Source: the human T2T-CHM13v2.0 reference genome, Homo sapiens. From it: a stretch of DNA of 64,000 nt. Both the position numbers and the translations under genes were made by a program. Positions 27,802 through 40,869 of the stretch are shown here, piece after piece. How positions within the stretch are numbered: the first letter of the stretch is position 1; every line of letters starts with the position of its first letter. The stretch lies in NCBI RefSeq assembly GCF_009914755.1, contig NC_060939.1. The stretch is one strand, 5' to 3'. The notes under the pieces are model-generated. The model was not told the DNA's origin and made no database searches. It saw only the letters and a program-made list of their open reading frames with translations.

Positions 27802-29214
27802 TCTTATTCATACTTTCCTATGCTAAGTTTTCCAGCATGCACTGTTATAAAAGCCTGAATTGCTTTTATAGTCTAAACAAAGAATATGTTATATTTTAAA
27901 ATCATGTATTTATGTTGTATATAACATATTGTAGATAGATATAATTGTAAATATATTATTCTTCCCAAGGTTAGGGAATAAATAAAACTGCTCATTTGAA
28001 TTTTGAAAAGGTTGAAACTTTAGAAGGTTCATGTTTATATTGAGATTAAATCTGCCCTAGATCTAAATGTGTAGTTTATCTCAAACACGTCAATAAGTCC
28101 TACTGTATTTGAAAATAATTAAAATATCCTTCCTGAATCTGCTCTCCTTTAACCTCATACTTCATTTCATTCAATTCCTCCTCAGAAGATATGGATTAGA
28201 GTTCCTTTACTCAAGAATGATATCAAAATTATTTAACAGCATATATTATGGATATGATCAGTCAAAACCAGCTGCCAACTAATCAAAAAACTTGCAGATC
28301 AATCAGAACACATGCCACCCAGTCAAAATGAACACAGGTGAGTGCCAAAGCAGGGTCCTAGAAGCCCGTCTATTATATCAGACATTACCTCATTAGTTGC
28401 TAAATCATGGGAGACATTCAGAGGTCTCAGAAGGGGCAGGAGGCTTGGAGTAGACACTAATAACCAATACACATGAAAGTGTTTTGCTGTTTTACCTTGC
28501 ATAGCTGTAACAATTACGTGTTGACTATCAGCCCTGCCTTCATTTTCCTTCTAATGTCTTCTAGGGTCTCTAGGTTCCTTTTTAAGTGCTGTAACAATAG
28601 AGTTATGATGGAAAAATTTATTTCTGCTCCCTCTCCAAACATTGCTAAAGTGTCAGGTAAGCAATAAAAGAAATATAGTACTATATTAAGTGATAGAGCA
28701 AGAGATGTTAACCAACTTTTGGAAGATGGAAAATTTCTAGGTGATAGCTGACTTTATATAAAGGAAAAAGGTGTTGCCTAAGAAGATGCAAAGCAAGATT
28801 CCAATGAGAAACAAGCTAACTCATCTTTCAGAATCCTAGGAAATTTCAGACATCGGAGATGCCGGGTATTTCTGAAGTTAAAGGGGGTTAAGGACCATGA
28901 CACTGAAAATGTGGCATTGCCTAGAAGTCTGTAAAAGAACAACTGGACTCTGTCTTTCCCTGACTCCATGCAACCAAGTAATTTCCTCTTTCTTCCATGT
29001 CTCAAGAGATAATCAATTTATTCTCTGTAGAAGTTGAGTCCAAGTGTGTCAGAATCCAGGTCATGGAGGCACAATAACAGTTGAGGTGAGGTGCCATGCT
29101 AGAAACAGGATTTACTGAGAGTACTAGATCCAGTCCCCTTCCCTCACCCAAATTCTGAAATATTTACAGACAGGTTTATCCATCCAGGCGGGCCTTTGGA
29201 GGGTTAGTCTCTGG

Positions 29215-29800
29215 AGAAAACATTGGTGAGAATGTAAAATGATACAGTTACTTCATGAAGTATTTTGGCAGTTTCCTAAGAAGTCAAACATACACTTACC
29301 ACTTGATCTAGCCATTTTACTCCAAAGTTCTGAAAGAAAAGAAGCACAAGTCCATGCAAAGACTTGCATATTGATGTTCACAGCAGTTTTATTTGTAATA
29401 GCCAAAAACTAGGAATGCCCTCAATATCCATCATGAAATATAGAAAAACTGTGGTGATTATATACAGTGGACTACTATTAAGCAACAAGAAATGAACTAT
29501 TGGCATAAGTAAAAATATGGATCTCAAAAATAAATCTCAAAATAATTTTTCTGGATGAAACAAAAGACAAGACAAAAAGGAGAACACTCTATGTGTATGA
29601 GGAGTGGGGAATGAGCAAATGTGGGAGCAAAGGATTACAGAGAGGCATGAGTAAACTCTGGGAGGTGAAGGATATGTTCATTATCTTTGTTACAAAGGGT
29701 TCACAAGTTTATAAATAGGTCAAGACATTACATTCTATGATTTAAATATATGCAATTATTGTAAATTTTAAATATACAGTTTTTGTATATTGAGTATAAC
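29215..29800 (+). mobile_element. L1MC/MD-type 3' region
   Basis: cattggtgagaatgtaaaatgatacag..ttggcagtttc..gatctagccattttactcc..gcagttttatttgtaatagccaaaaact. Confidence 0.7.
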
Positions 29801-30567
29801 TTGATGATTTGATAGATGGCTAGATTAATTGATTGACTGATCGAAACATAAAGCCAGGAATCCCCCTGGAGATCTTTGCATTTCTAAAGTTTGGGTCAGT
29901 ATTTTAAATCGTCACGTAACTAGGTTGTTCCCTTTACATCACCAGTGAATGAGAATAACCTTTAGGTCTCTGGCATTGCTATTTTTTAACAATTATTACA
30001 GAAGTCATTTTGTAGTTATATTCTTATTTATGCTTTGCTTTAAATGCAAAGCTTCCCCAACAATGGACATCAGTATCCAATAACAAACAGCAAGTATTAA
30101 TGCCTTTTAATATAAAATTTATTGAGAAGTCAAAACACAAAATTTACAAGTACAGACATGATGGTTTTGCCTTAGTTTATTTTATAAATAACCTCAGATC
30201 GTGCTAAATGTCCAAAGTTACGTTACCATCATTTGAAAACTTTGGTTCCTTTTATGAAGAGGTTCTCTCAATTTAATATATTTGCTTTATGTCTGATTTA
30301 GAGAAGTATATCAAGTACTATATCTACAATTTAATCTTTTCTGCTGGAAGATGCAAGAATAATTTTATGCAGTCATTTGGAAAAGGTTGAAAATATCCCA
30401 GTGGATGCAGCTTAATTCAGTACCTTTACTACTTTATTGATTTCATTTTGAATGATTTGTCCATGTTGCGCTTTATAAATCATTTTTACCATATGCCTGG
30501 CATGCTTCTATCTTTATATTACCCCAGGTTTCTTTTTTTCCACATGCTCTTCAGAATCATAATTTAA

Positions 30568-30930
30568 CTCAGAGTTTCATACTGGCTGCATATCACAATC
30601 ACCTGTTAAAACACCAATGCCCAGGCCCAACTCACACAGATTCTGACTTAATTGTTTCAGGTAGGGCCCTGGCGTACATAGTTTTAAAAGCATCCCTAAT
30701 GTGCAACCAATATTGAGAATCACTAACTATCTTACACACTGTCTATATCAGCGTTTCCCAAATGTGCGTGAACATAAGAATGTTCAAACAAGGTACCTCA
30801 AAAAAACGAAACGAAACAAATGGCTCTGAATTCCCAAATTCCAGAGCCTCAAGCAAAACCTCATGAATCAGGAGCTCCACAGAAATAAGTAGGATCAAGA
30901 GCCTCAGATTAAGAAGCATGGTTTCACAAG
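30568..30930. mobile_element. Two adjacent MER5-type (hAT-Charlie) remnants
   Basis: ggctgcatatcacaatcacctg..atgcccaggccc..agattctgacttaattg..tgagaatcact, followed by cagcgtttcccaaa..tgaatcagga. Confidence 0.6.
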
Positions 30931-31019
30931 ACTCCAAACATATTATAATTAATCCCAGAGGTTGGAGAAGAAAAAGGACATATAGTACCTTCTCACACCA
31001 ACATCTAATGCAGCATCGT

Positions 31020-31690
31020 TTTTAAAACTTTTACCTCCTAAATACATGTGAAATATCTCTATTTACCTCCATTACCCCTCATCACCCTTGTAGTCTAAGC
31101 CCCTATAAACAAACTTCAGTCTACTGCAATATCTTATTCTCCCACCAGGTTTCTGGCTTCCACTCTTGCCTTACTCCAATCTGTTTTTTCCATTAGAGCC
31201 AGGCTTATGATTTGAAACATCAATCTTACCATGTCACCCAGGGCTTAACATATTTCCCACAGCTCTTAGGTAAGTACAGTACAAAACTTCCACAGCCTGG
31301 TCTAGCTCCCACCTTTTCCAGCCTCCTTTAGGACTCAACTCGCCTTTACTTCCTGTCATCTGGCCATGACAGCCTTCTTTGAGACTGTTCATTCTGGCTA
31401 AGCCCCAGACTGCCACAGGCCATTTGTAGATACTCAGTCCTCTGCTTGGAAAGCACATGCCCCACCCCACTACTTTATCTAGTTAATGTCTATGCATTCG
31501 TCACAAGTCAGGCAATAGCCAAGCCCTCACCTTCCTCTAGACAAGTCAAATCTTGCAACTTCAGGCTTTTTAAGTAGCATACACCACTCCGTCTTAAAAT
31601 TTACCAGAATTAAAACACGCATTTATCTGTATGACTTCTCCTTTCCCCAAAACCTATTTGACTATAAACTCACTGGGGACAGGACATTTT
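31020..31690 (+). mobile_element. L2 fragment
   Basis: C/T-rich L2 3' region (tactgcaat..ctggcttccactcttgcc..ccacaggccatttgtagat..ctctgcttggaaagcac..gactataaactcactggggacagg). Confidence 0.65.
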
Positions 31691-31699
31691 TGTTCTCCA

Positions 31700-31915
31700 A
31701 GATCAGATTGCCTAGGTTCAAATCCTAGCTTATTGATGTGGTAACTGTGGGCAAGTTATTTGTCCATTTGTGCCTCGGTTTTCTCATCTGTAAAATAAGA
31801 CCCATACCATTACGTACCTCATTAGGTTGGTTTAATGATTAAATTTACATGTAGAAAACTTAGCACAGGGTTTGCTACCACTATTACTATTATTATTATC
31901 ATTACTAATACTATT
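31700..31915 (+). mobile_element. MIR
   Basis: cagattgcctaggttcaaatcctagct..gggcaagttatt..gtgcctcggttttctcatctgtaaaat. Confidence 0.8.
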
Positions 31916-31946
31916 ATTTTGCACAGCGCTTAGCACAATACCTAGT

Positions 31947-32345
31947 TGTGGTTAACAGAATAATAGTTCCTAATTGTAGAAACTTGTGAATATGTTACTT
32001 ATGGCTGAAATAATTTTGCAGATGTGATTGAGGTTATGGACCCTCAGATGTGGAAATTACTTAGGGTTATTATTAGATGGGTCCAATCTAATCACATGAG
32101 TCCTTAAAAGCAAAACAGTAAATCAGAGAGATGAGGTAGAAGAAAGAGGAGAGACTGAAATTCTGAGAAGGACTCAATCTGCCAATGCTAGCTTTGAAAA
32201 TGGAGGAAGGTGACCATGAGCCAAAGAATGCAGGTGTCTGCTAGCAGCTGGGAACTCAGCAAGGAGATGCAGTGTCAGCCTTATAGCCACAAAGAAATGA
32301 ATTCTGCCAACAATGCAAGTAAGGAGAAAGTCGATTTTCCCCAAA
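31947..32345 (+). mobile_element. MLT1D/E-like MaLR LTR
   Basis: tgtggt..cagaataat..tgtgaatatgttac..ttgcagatgtgatt..ccaatctaatcacatgagtccttaaaagc. Confidence 0.75.
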
Positions 32346-32568
32346 GATTTTTATTTTAACCCAACCCTTGTCCTGACCTGACCCCAGAGATAAAATTTCC
32401 CTCTACTACACTACAGCATCTCTAGCCTCCAAAGTAAAAATTTGATATACACATACCACTTGAGAGTTTGCATATCATTTATCTACATTATCTCCTCAGT
32501 TCCTCTCCTTGTAAATCTAAAAGCTTTCAGGTTTGCAGCTTCAAGGAAAATCTATAAAAGGAAGATAT

Positions 32569-32915
<347 letters not shown>

Positions 32916-33589
32916 TTACTTTGTGCCTGGTACTATTCTAAATATTTTGTGCCTGATAACTCACTTAACCCAGATATTAACATGGTGGTAATTATTCTGA
33001 TTAATTTCCCATTGTCATTGTTAGCTTTAGAGCAATTGTTTTTTCAGATCCATGCAGCCCTGGTTAAACTGAAACTTCTATATTACGGCAGCAAAATTAG
33101 CCAAATATTTATGTTGTTACACATTTAAGCCCAGCAATTTAAAATACATTTTAAAAAATCAGCATACTTTTCATATGCTATATTTCTAACTTTAATAGCA
33201 TAATGGGTTTTTTAAATCTTGCATTTAAATAATGAAATATGTTTAGATAGCAACAGATGTATACAGAAGAGATGTACCCCAGATGTAAGGCTTCCCAGAG
33301 AGACATTTGTAAATGTTTAATCATAATTTCAGGTGTTAATTAGCATAGCAAATCATTCTTTTAGGCAAAATTATTTTTATGACTTGACTTAGTTATTAAA
33401 ATGGAAATTAAATAGAAGAACAGAAATTCAGGGCGTTATTTTGTTCATAGGCATTCAAGCCTATATCAAATTGTATAAGTTCTTTTAATGATTTCATACT
33501 ACTATTATATGACTTTGGTATTTGTTTAAATTTATGACTGACACACAGTAATAGCACATATTTATGAGGTATAACATGATACTTCAATA

Positions 33590-34165
33590 CACATGCAAAA
33601 ACTTACATCATTTTCTTGTACTTTACCTTATTGTGCTTCCCAGGTAATTGCATTTTTTGGTGCTTTTTTTCCCCACAAATTGCAGATTTGTGGCATGGCA
33701 ACCCTGTGTCAAACAAGTCTATTGGCACCATTTTTCTGACAGCATGGTGCTCACTTTATGTCCGTCACATTTTAATAATTCTCGAAATATTTTAAACTTT
33801 TATGTTATCTGTTAGTTAGGGTGATCAGTGATCTTGGACGTACAAAATTGTAATTACTTTGGGGCACCACGAACCTTGCCTATATAAGATAGCAAACTTA
33901 CCCAATAAATAAATGCTGTGATGTATTCTAACTGCTCCACCAACTGGTTGTACTTCATCTTTTTCTTTCTCCTTGAGCCTCCCTATTCCCCAAGACACAA
34001 CAATATTGTAATTAGGCCAATTACCAACCCTACAAAAACCTCTAAGTGTTCAAGTGAAAAGAAAAGTGGTATGTCTCTCACTTTGAACCAAAAGCTAAAA
34101 ACGATTGAGTTTACTGAAGAAGGCATGTTAAAAGCTGAGGTAGGCCAGAACTGGACTTCTTACTC
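33590..34165 (+). mobile_element. Tigger1 5' portion including the transposase N-terminus
   Basis: ORF 33918-34184 contains SKCSSEKKSGMSLTLNQKLKTIEFTEEGMLKAEVG, matching Tigger1 transposase MASKCSSERKSRTSLTLNQKLEMIKLSEEGMSKAEIG. Confidence 0.88.
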
Positions 34166-34166
34166 A

Positions 34167-34320
34167 GTTTTTGTGCATATATAGTAGGTGTATGTATTTA
34201 TGGGGTACATGAGATGTTTTGATACAGGCATACAATACGAAATAAGCCCATCATTGAGAATGGGGTATCCATCCCCTCAAAATAACTTAAAGAGTATAGT
34301 TGGATTGTTTGTAACGCAGA
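34167..34320 (-). mobile_element. Short L1MA1/2 3' end with an internally inverted segment
   Basis: 34167-34280 is antisense L1MA 3' end up to atccatcccctcaa. 34281-34320 is sense-strand aataacttaaagagtatagttggattgtttgtaac, the immediately upstream part (compare 2168-2235). Confidence 0.75.
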
Positions 34321-34337
34321 GACTGATTCTTATCAAA

Positions 34338-34500
34338 GCAGACGCCAGCACCGCATATGCCTCCTATAAAGCTTGCAGAACCATGAGCCAATTAAACTTC
34401 TTTTCTTTATATAAACTACCCAGTCTCAGATATTCCTCTATAGCAATGCAAAAACACCTAACACACTCAGTCAAGTTGACATGTAGAATTAACCATCACA
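34338..34500. mobile_element. 3' part of an MST-type LTR (+) followed by an MLT2 terminus (-)
   Basis: gcagaaccatgagccaattaaac..tacccagtctcagatattc..tatagcaatgcaaaa..ctaacaca, then cagtcaagttgaca..aattaaccatcaca. Confidence 0.7.
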
Positions 34501-34716
34501 CCAAGCCACAGGAATTTACATTTGACTTTCCTCATCTCTGTCATGACATATTATAATACAAGATTATATATATCAGCCCATTTTCATTGAGTATTTTTCT
34601 TGTTTTCTATTTTGCTAGTTACCTTGGAATAATCTTAAGAGACAGAGGCAGAAACTACTTCAATTCCACTATTTTGAAACTGAAACACCCCAATCTGAGC
34701 ACCCTAAATAGGCTAT

Positions 34717-35083
34717 TCTGTTAGGCTGCTTTGGCATTGCTATATAGAAATATCTGAGGCTGGGTAATTTAAAGGGAAAAGTAGTTTAATTGGCTTACAG
34801 TTCTGTAGACAGTACAAGAAGTGTGGTGCCAGCAAGGGGGACCAGGTGTCTCACATGGCTAGTGCAGGAGCAAAAGAGAGAGGAGGGAGGTGCCACATAC
34901 TTTTAAACAACCAGATCTCAAATGAACTCAGAGAAATAACTCACTTATCTTCAAGGGATAGTGCTAAGCCCTTCATGAGGGATCCACCTCCATGGCCCAA
35001 TCACCTCCCACCAGGCCCCACTTCCAACAATGGGAATCACACTGCAACATGAGATTTGTATGGGACAAACATGAAACATATCA
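34717..35083 (-). mobile_element. MSTA/MSTB solo LTR with internal deletion
   Basis: gcattgctata..aaatatctgaggctgggtaattt...cacctcccaccaggccccacttccaaca..catatca; TSD gctat/gccat. Confidence 0.82.
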
Positions 35084-36379
35084 GCCATCATGGTACTTTC
35101 TCCTCTTTATCTGATATTAGAGATCTTTATGTATGTGATTTATTTCTGCTATAAAACTCATGCTTCCTTAAAAGAGGCTATCTGCATCTACTTCACGGCC
35201 TAGCACACTTCCTTTTATATGCTACATTCTTTATGTAATTGTGGAATGAATAAATTAAAAAATTAATAATACTAAATCAAAACAATATCATTTTTCTTAA
35301 TCTCTTCCTGTAAATTTTTCTGTAGAGTATACAGGCTTGACTGTCTCATGTTTTCTGGAGTTATACTAAAAAAATTTACTAAAATTTAGCTTGGTTCTAG
35401 AAACCATGAGGGAAAAATAAGACAAACAGAACAAAGCAAAGGTGCAATCAATGCCCTCAAATAGGTCACAATCCTTTTGAAATTCTAATATTCACAAGAA
35501 TATAACCAGAAAAGACTAGAAATAAAACATTAAATATTTTGTCATAATGTGAGTTCAAGTGTAGAGGGGTCAAATCTAGGATTTCATAACAGATTTATAG
35601 TTTCAAATGTCTTTTTTATCATAGAACCACCTCCTTTGCAAGATGACCCTAATATTTTCTAGAATCAGCCTGTCTACTTACAATTTTCTAATTATGTTTA
35701 GGAGTCAGGTATCCTGAAGAAACCAAACACCATTTTATGGGCAATAACTCTCTTGACTCCTTGGAATAATCATCACCATTCAGTTTGCATTTTCATGAGA
35801 CTGCATTATTTATGACATTATAAATGCTTCTTTCTATTCCAAATGGTTCTGAGTTATCTTCATCAATAAATCAATAAATTATGTCTGTACCTCAGAAATC
35901 CTCCTCAGGTGTTTGTTAATGGCAAGCCATTTGCCAAGGAGCCAAGAATTCAGAAACTGAGCTTGTCTTGAAACACATAATTGCTTTCCAAAAGCTTTGA
36001 GACAGTACTAGATTGATTTCAAAAGTCCCTTCCAGTCCACATTTCTGTGATCAGATAGATTACAGATAGATAGTTATAGGTCAGTAGATATATAGATAGA
36101 TACACAGATAAACATAAACATGTTTTTAAAATGGCCAAGTTTGGTCTAACAATATTTCTTGACTTGCCATGTCAATAGTCAACATACGAATAATAAAATC
36201 TGCTTTCGAAATATTTTAATTCCTTGTAATAACTTCAATGTGACAGGAGGACCATCCATATTCAAGGCATCTGATATTAAAATAAAGGATATCTTTTGTT
36301 GAAATTGAGTTGAGTAATAGAGGGATGCTAAGTGAAGAGACAGACAAATGGATTAAATCTTACGGGTAAGGGCTTTACT

Positions 36380-36600
36380 TCCAGATGCAGAGAGCCTTTA
36401 ACTTGAATCTCAATGTTATTACTTGTGAAATATGTTATGTTGGACAAGCTACTTTTTATTTCCAGGCCTTAATATCTCCATCTTTAATGTGGGTGTGATA
36501 ATGGTATTTACCTCCAAAAAGGGCTACATTAAATGAGATTACACATATTAAGTATTACATAATTCTGGCATATAGTAAGTGCTGAGTAAATGTTAATGCT
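36380..36600 (+). mobile_element. MIR fragment
   Basis: ttgaatctc..tggacaagctactt..ccatctttaatgtggg..taaatgagat..tctggcatatagtaagtgct..taaatgtta. Confidence 0.6.
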
Positions 36601-36799
36601 TTAATCAAAAGTAACAAGTGTTCCAAAAAGCAAATCTTTATGAAAGTGTACGATGCTCAGGACATGATGATACCCTTTTTCCTCCCTGGACAACTGAAGT
36701 AAAGTGAAGTAAAACAAGACACGACAAATATGTTCACCAGATACAGAATGATCTGGGCTCTCTATAACATGCTCTCCTATCACTTCCAGTAACTCTAAT

Positions 36800-37220
36800 T
36801 TCTATCTATTCCAAAGTACTTAGAGCTCACCTAAAGTATTATTCTGTGACATGCCTTCGGCTCTTTTTACAAGTTTTCTCTGACTAAAATTTGCATCCCT
36901 CCCCAACTACCTCCCCATTCTTAACTGGAAAAGTCTTACAAATCTTGCAAGAGCCAGTTCAAGTACTTCCTTTTCTGTGAACCCTGCCTCTCACCTAAAA
37001 AAAATAGAATTACTTACTTCCTCTTTTACTCCACCATAGCACTTATAGATGCCTCTACTAATGAAACTCTGTTTCATAGTCTTTTGATGTATCAGTTTCC
37101 CCGGCTGGTCTGCGAGTTTGTTGAAGGTAAATACTATGTCTTATTTACCTCTGCACTGCTAGCACATAGAATAGAGCCCAATAACTAGTAAGAGATTAAT
37201 ACTGAACTAATGACTGAATA
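36800..37220 (+). mobile_element. L2 3' end
   Basis: ..gagtttgttgaaggtaaatactatgtcttattt..ctagcaca..actgaactaatgactgaata terminal repeats. Confidence 0.6.
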
Positions 37221-37552
37221 AAATATAGTATGTTACAAATGACTCATGTGTGAGTCACTGTTTCATGTGACAGAAAACCCAAAATGACAATGGTTTAAAC
37301 AATTTACAAGTGTTTTTCTCTCTTATGATGGAAGTCCAGAGTGAGGCACAGTAGAGTCAATACAGAGGTCTTACAGTCATTGTCATCATGACTCAGCCTC
37401 CTTCACATGCTCAGTCCCTGGGATGTGGCTCTGGTATTCATGGTGTCAAATGAAAGCTGGTGCTTCAGCCATCATTTCAGTGTCCTATCATATTTCAGCA
37501 GCGAAATGGAAAACTAGGATAAAGGTCATCTTAAGACAACATCTTGGAAGTA

Positions 37553-37878
37553 CAATAGTCCCCCCTTATTCACAGGAGTATGTTCGAAAACCCCTGTTGG
37601 ATACCTGAAACCACAGTAGTATTGAATTCTACATACACTGTATTTGGAGTTCAAGTGCATTTGCCTCTACATACATTTTGATGAAGTTTAATTTATAAAT
37701 TAGGTACAGTAAGAGATAAAACAATAATAAAATAGAACAATTATGACAATAATGTATTATACTAAAAGTTATGTGAATGTGATCTTTCTTTCTCAAACTA
37801 TCTTAATATTTTTGGACCACAGTCGACCACAAGTAACTGAAACAGGAAAGTGAAACCACAGGTAAGGACACACTACTG
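37553..37878. mobile_element. MER44A-like (Tigger7-derived) MITE inside an old MLT1 LTR (~37260-38010)
   Basis: TA followed by caatagtccccccttattc..., ending ..gtaaggacacactactg; internal gaagtttaatttataaattagg. Confidence 0.75.
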
Positions 37879-40467
37879 AACTACACAGCACTTCAGCTTA
37901 TTGGTTAGAGCTTTGTCACATGACCACATGTCCTAAGGTGTTTATCAATAGCAAGAGGTAATCAGGCATTTTCAATCCAGATTCTATCACCAAAGAAGAA
38001 TTAGTGCATCCATATTAGGAGCACTGGGCAGTAAAGAGGTAATTAGAGACCAACTCAATCACTTCTGTTCACATTATTTTGTGGTAACATAGAGTTTGGA
38101 CCCAGAGATCTTTAAGATCCCTTGCAAGTCTTTCTTGTCTAATATTGTAAAAAAAAAAAAAATTAAAGCTGCAGATGGTAGAAAACAATTGTGTGCATTT
38201 ATACTATAACATAGTTATTTTAGTCCCCAAAATCTGTATTTTTTAAAAGAATTCCACTATTCAAAGAGCCAAAAAAGGAAAATGGAAGAGTGGGATAAAC
38301 CAATATTTCCTAATAAAATTTAAAAGAAAATCTCTAAAGGCAGCTTTTTAAATGTTAAATATATGTATCAGCCTATGTCAGCAGCAGTAGTTATGGGGAA
38401 GTCACCCCCTGATTATCTCCATCAATATCCCCAAACTCCCAAGTGAAAAATAACATTATTTTATATAAATAACTGGGATTTCCTCAATTCTGTGCTAAGC
38501 ATTTTAACATTTTTATTGACCTGTAATATGCTTAAAACAATCTACTCACGCATCAAACACAGCTTTAGAATAAGCCCCCAAACCTTCCTGCAACCCCATT
38601 CTCTACCACCACCCTTGATGGCAAAAAGCCCATTCTCATAGATGTCCTGGAAACACCAAGCATCTAGACTTGAGGAGTAGGAAACTCATAGGCACCACCA
38701 AACATCAAGTTTTCAAAACAAAATGAATTTTTATAGCTGCTAGGTATTAAAGGCATTTAGTAATTTGTAAATCACAATCTGTTACCAATCCAGCCTTGAA
38801 AAAGCTCTATCTTCAAATGTAAACCCCAAAAAAACCTCAATCTGAGATGTCTCTGTAAAGCTATAGAAAGCAGTCAGCCAAGGGGACATGGCAGTGTGTG
38901 CTCTGAGCTAACATTCCATACCTGCTGCTGCCAATTTTCTGCAAAGTGAACTCGTGTGACACTGTTTTTTGTCTTGTTTTAGCTACTTACCTGGTATTTT
39001 CATTCCAAAGAAGTCCAGTTAGATTTCAAGGTTCTGTCACATAAACACCCATAGAAAATGTTGAGCTGCTTTTTTAAGTTATGTGCCTCATACTTCGGTC
39101 CTTGTAACACTTAAGAATCCAAAATTATTTCATTTTCCATAATTCAGTTTTGACTGGTAGCAACAAAAATATATAGAAATTCTATTGGTTGATCAATAAT
39201 TTTCTAAGGCAGCAGACAGACTGTAAGAAATTCATTCTTTCTGTGCAGTTGACTACTTACCAACAAGATTACCTACATCTCATGTCATGACCCTGAGAAT
39301 TGCAAAATGATTATCATTATCTTGCCCTCCAAAAAGAAGAGAGGTTTTAAACTGACCCATTTCACATCTCAGAAATTATTTGGGCCTGAAATTGGGTAAA
39401 ACATCCTAAGGGCCTGGCAGTCTCCTTTGTGCTTTGATAGCACATAAACCATCAAAAAATTAGAAACAGTTTTGAAATTGAGTCTAATGTAAATACAATA
39501 AAAAAGATAAAGGTTATACTTGTTTAATAAATGACAATGGAACCAACTGTCCCTGCTGTCCCTGGGAGAATGCCACCAATGCATTCTCCTGGCTTATGAA
39601 GAATAAGTACCTCACTCCATCCTCAGCCAGTATGCTTTCTTTTCTAGCCAAAGGAAAGTGTCATCACTACAACTGTTACAATCCCCCCAAATCTCATAAA
39701 CCCCTTTCCAGGACATAGTCCTATACAAAAATACTACACTCCCCATAGAAAATCATTCACAAGATTCCTATAATCTATTGGATCAAATTTATGATTTCAT
39801 TCACTCATGCATTTTTTTATACTTTGGGGCTTCTGTGTTCAGCACCTAGATAAAAGACAGATTATATCAACTCTACTTTAAATGCTTTGCCAAGACCCTC
39901 AAAAAAATTACTGAAAGACAAAAAGAGTGAAGAAAGAAAAACAGGGAGCTGAAATAAGAATGTTACGTGATCTCAGAAACCAAGGCTCTGTCAGAACAAC
40001 AGCTGATGTTAGAAACTAGATCTTTAGGGATTAACTGCTTAGGAGAAAACAAGAAAGTAGGTATAAGTTCACCAAAGTGTGTGCATGTGTTGGGGGAGAG
40101 TACTGAACTTGAGATCCACACCTAGAATTGAATCCCGAAAGGAACCATATCATCAAAAGGAAAGGTAGGCTAGAAAAAAATCCACCTGCATGCAGTAATG
40201 ACAACTCACAAGAAAATCTATTAATCTCTGTTAACATGTTGTATGGAAATTAACAACAACAACCATCTCCCCTAAGAATTAGTAAACATAGTCCTCTCTT
40301 CACATGGATGCACAATTGAAATTGACATGACATGTACAATAGAGAAAAATCTGATTCAAAAGTTTAATGTGGTACTGAAAAGGTCTTAGAAGGATTCAGA
40401 GAGAAAAATCAAAAACCTGTAAGGAACTACAATTAGATAGACTGCAAATTTCACAAGAGCAAAACAT

Positions 40468-40869
40468 TGTACTGGACAAAGTTAAACAAGTGAAGAAGAC
40501 TTCATTCTAGACTACTGCAATCAAGGAGACATACCCCAGTGCAGTCTGACCTCAACTCCAATGAAATAAAGGGTGTGACACTCTCCCAAGGAGACTAGGA
40601 GATAGAGGTATGGTCTTCCTTGATGATTACATTTGTAAAGGATGACTTCCAGGTTCTTGAGAAAGATATCCTGGATTGTAAAATCAGCAAGAAGCTTTTA
40701 AAAAGGATTTACATCTCAAGGAAGCGGGGGAAAAAATTACAACTTGAAGTTTCTCAAAGTAAATGCTTTAAGAAAAAAGATCTCAAGAGGTCCCATACCC
40801 AGAGTCAGGAAAAAGCCTGCCTAAAAGTTTAGTCAAGCTGAAGGAGCAACATTAAGACCATCTTGGTCA
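40468..40869 (-). mobile_element. MER67-like ERV1 solo LTR within L1M fragments
   Basis: Minus strand starts tgaccaagatggtcttaatgtt..cagcttgactaaactttt; TG..CA termini. Confidence 0.65.

Noticed and set aside
28565-28656. Plus-strand pseudo-exon with CAG|gtaagc donor
   Set aside because: Splice signals are plausible, but the peptide is unrecognised and it borders old L1-like sequence; not supportable without RNA data.
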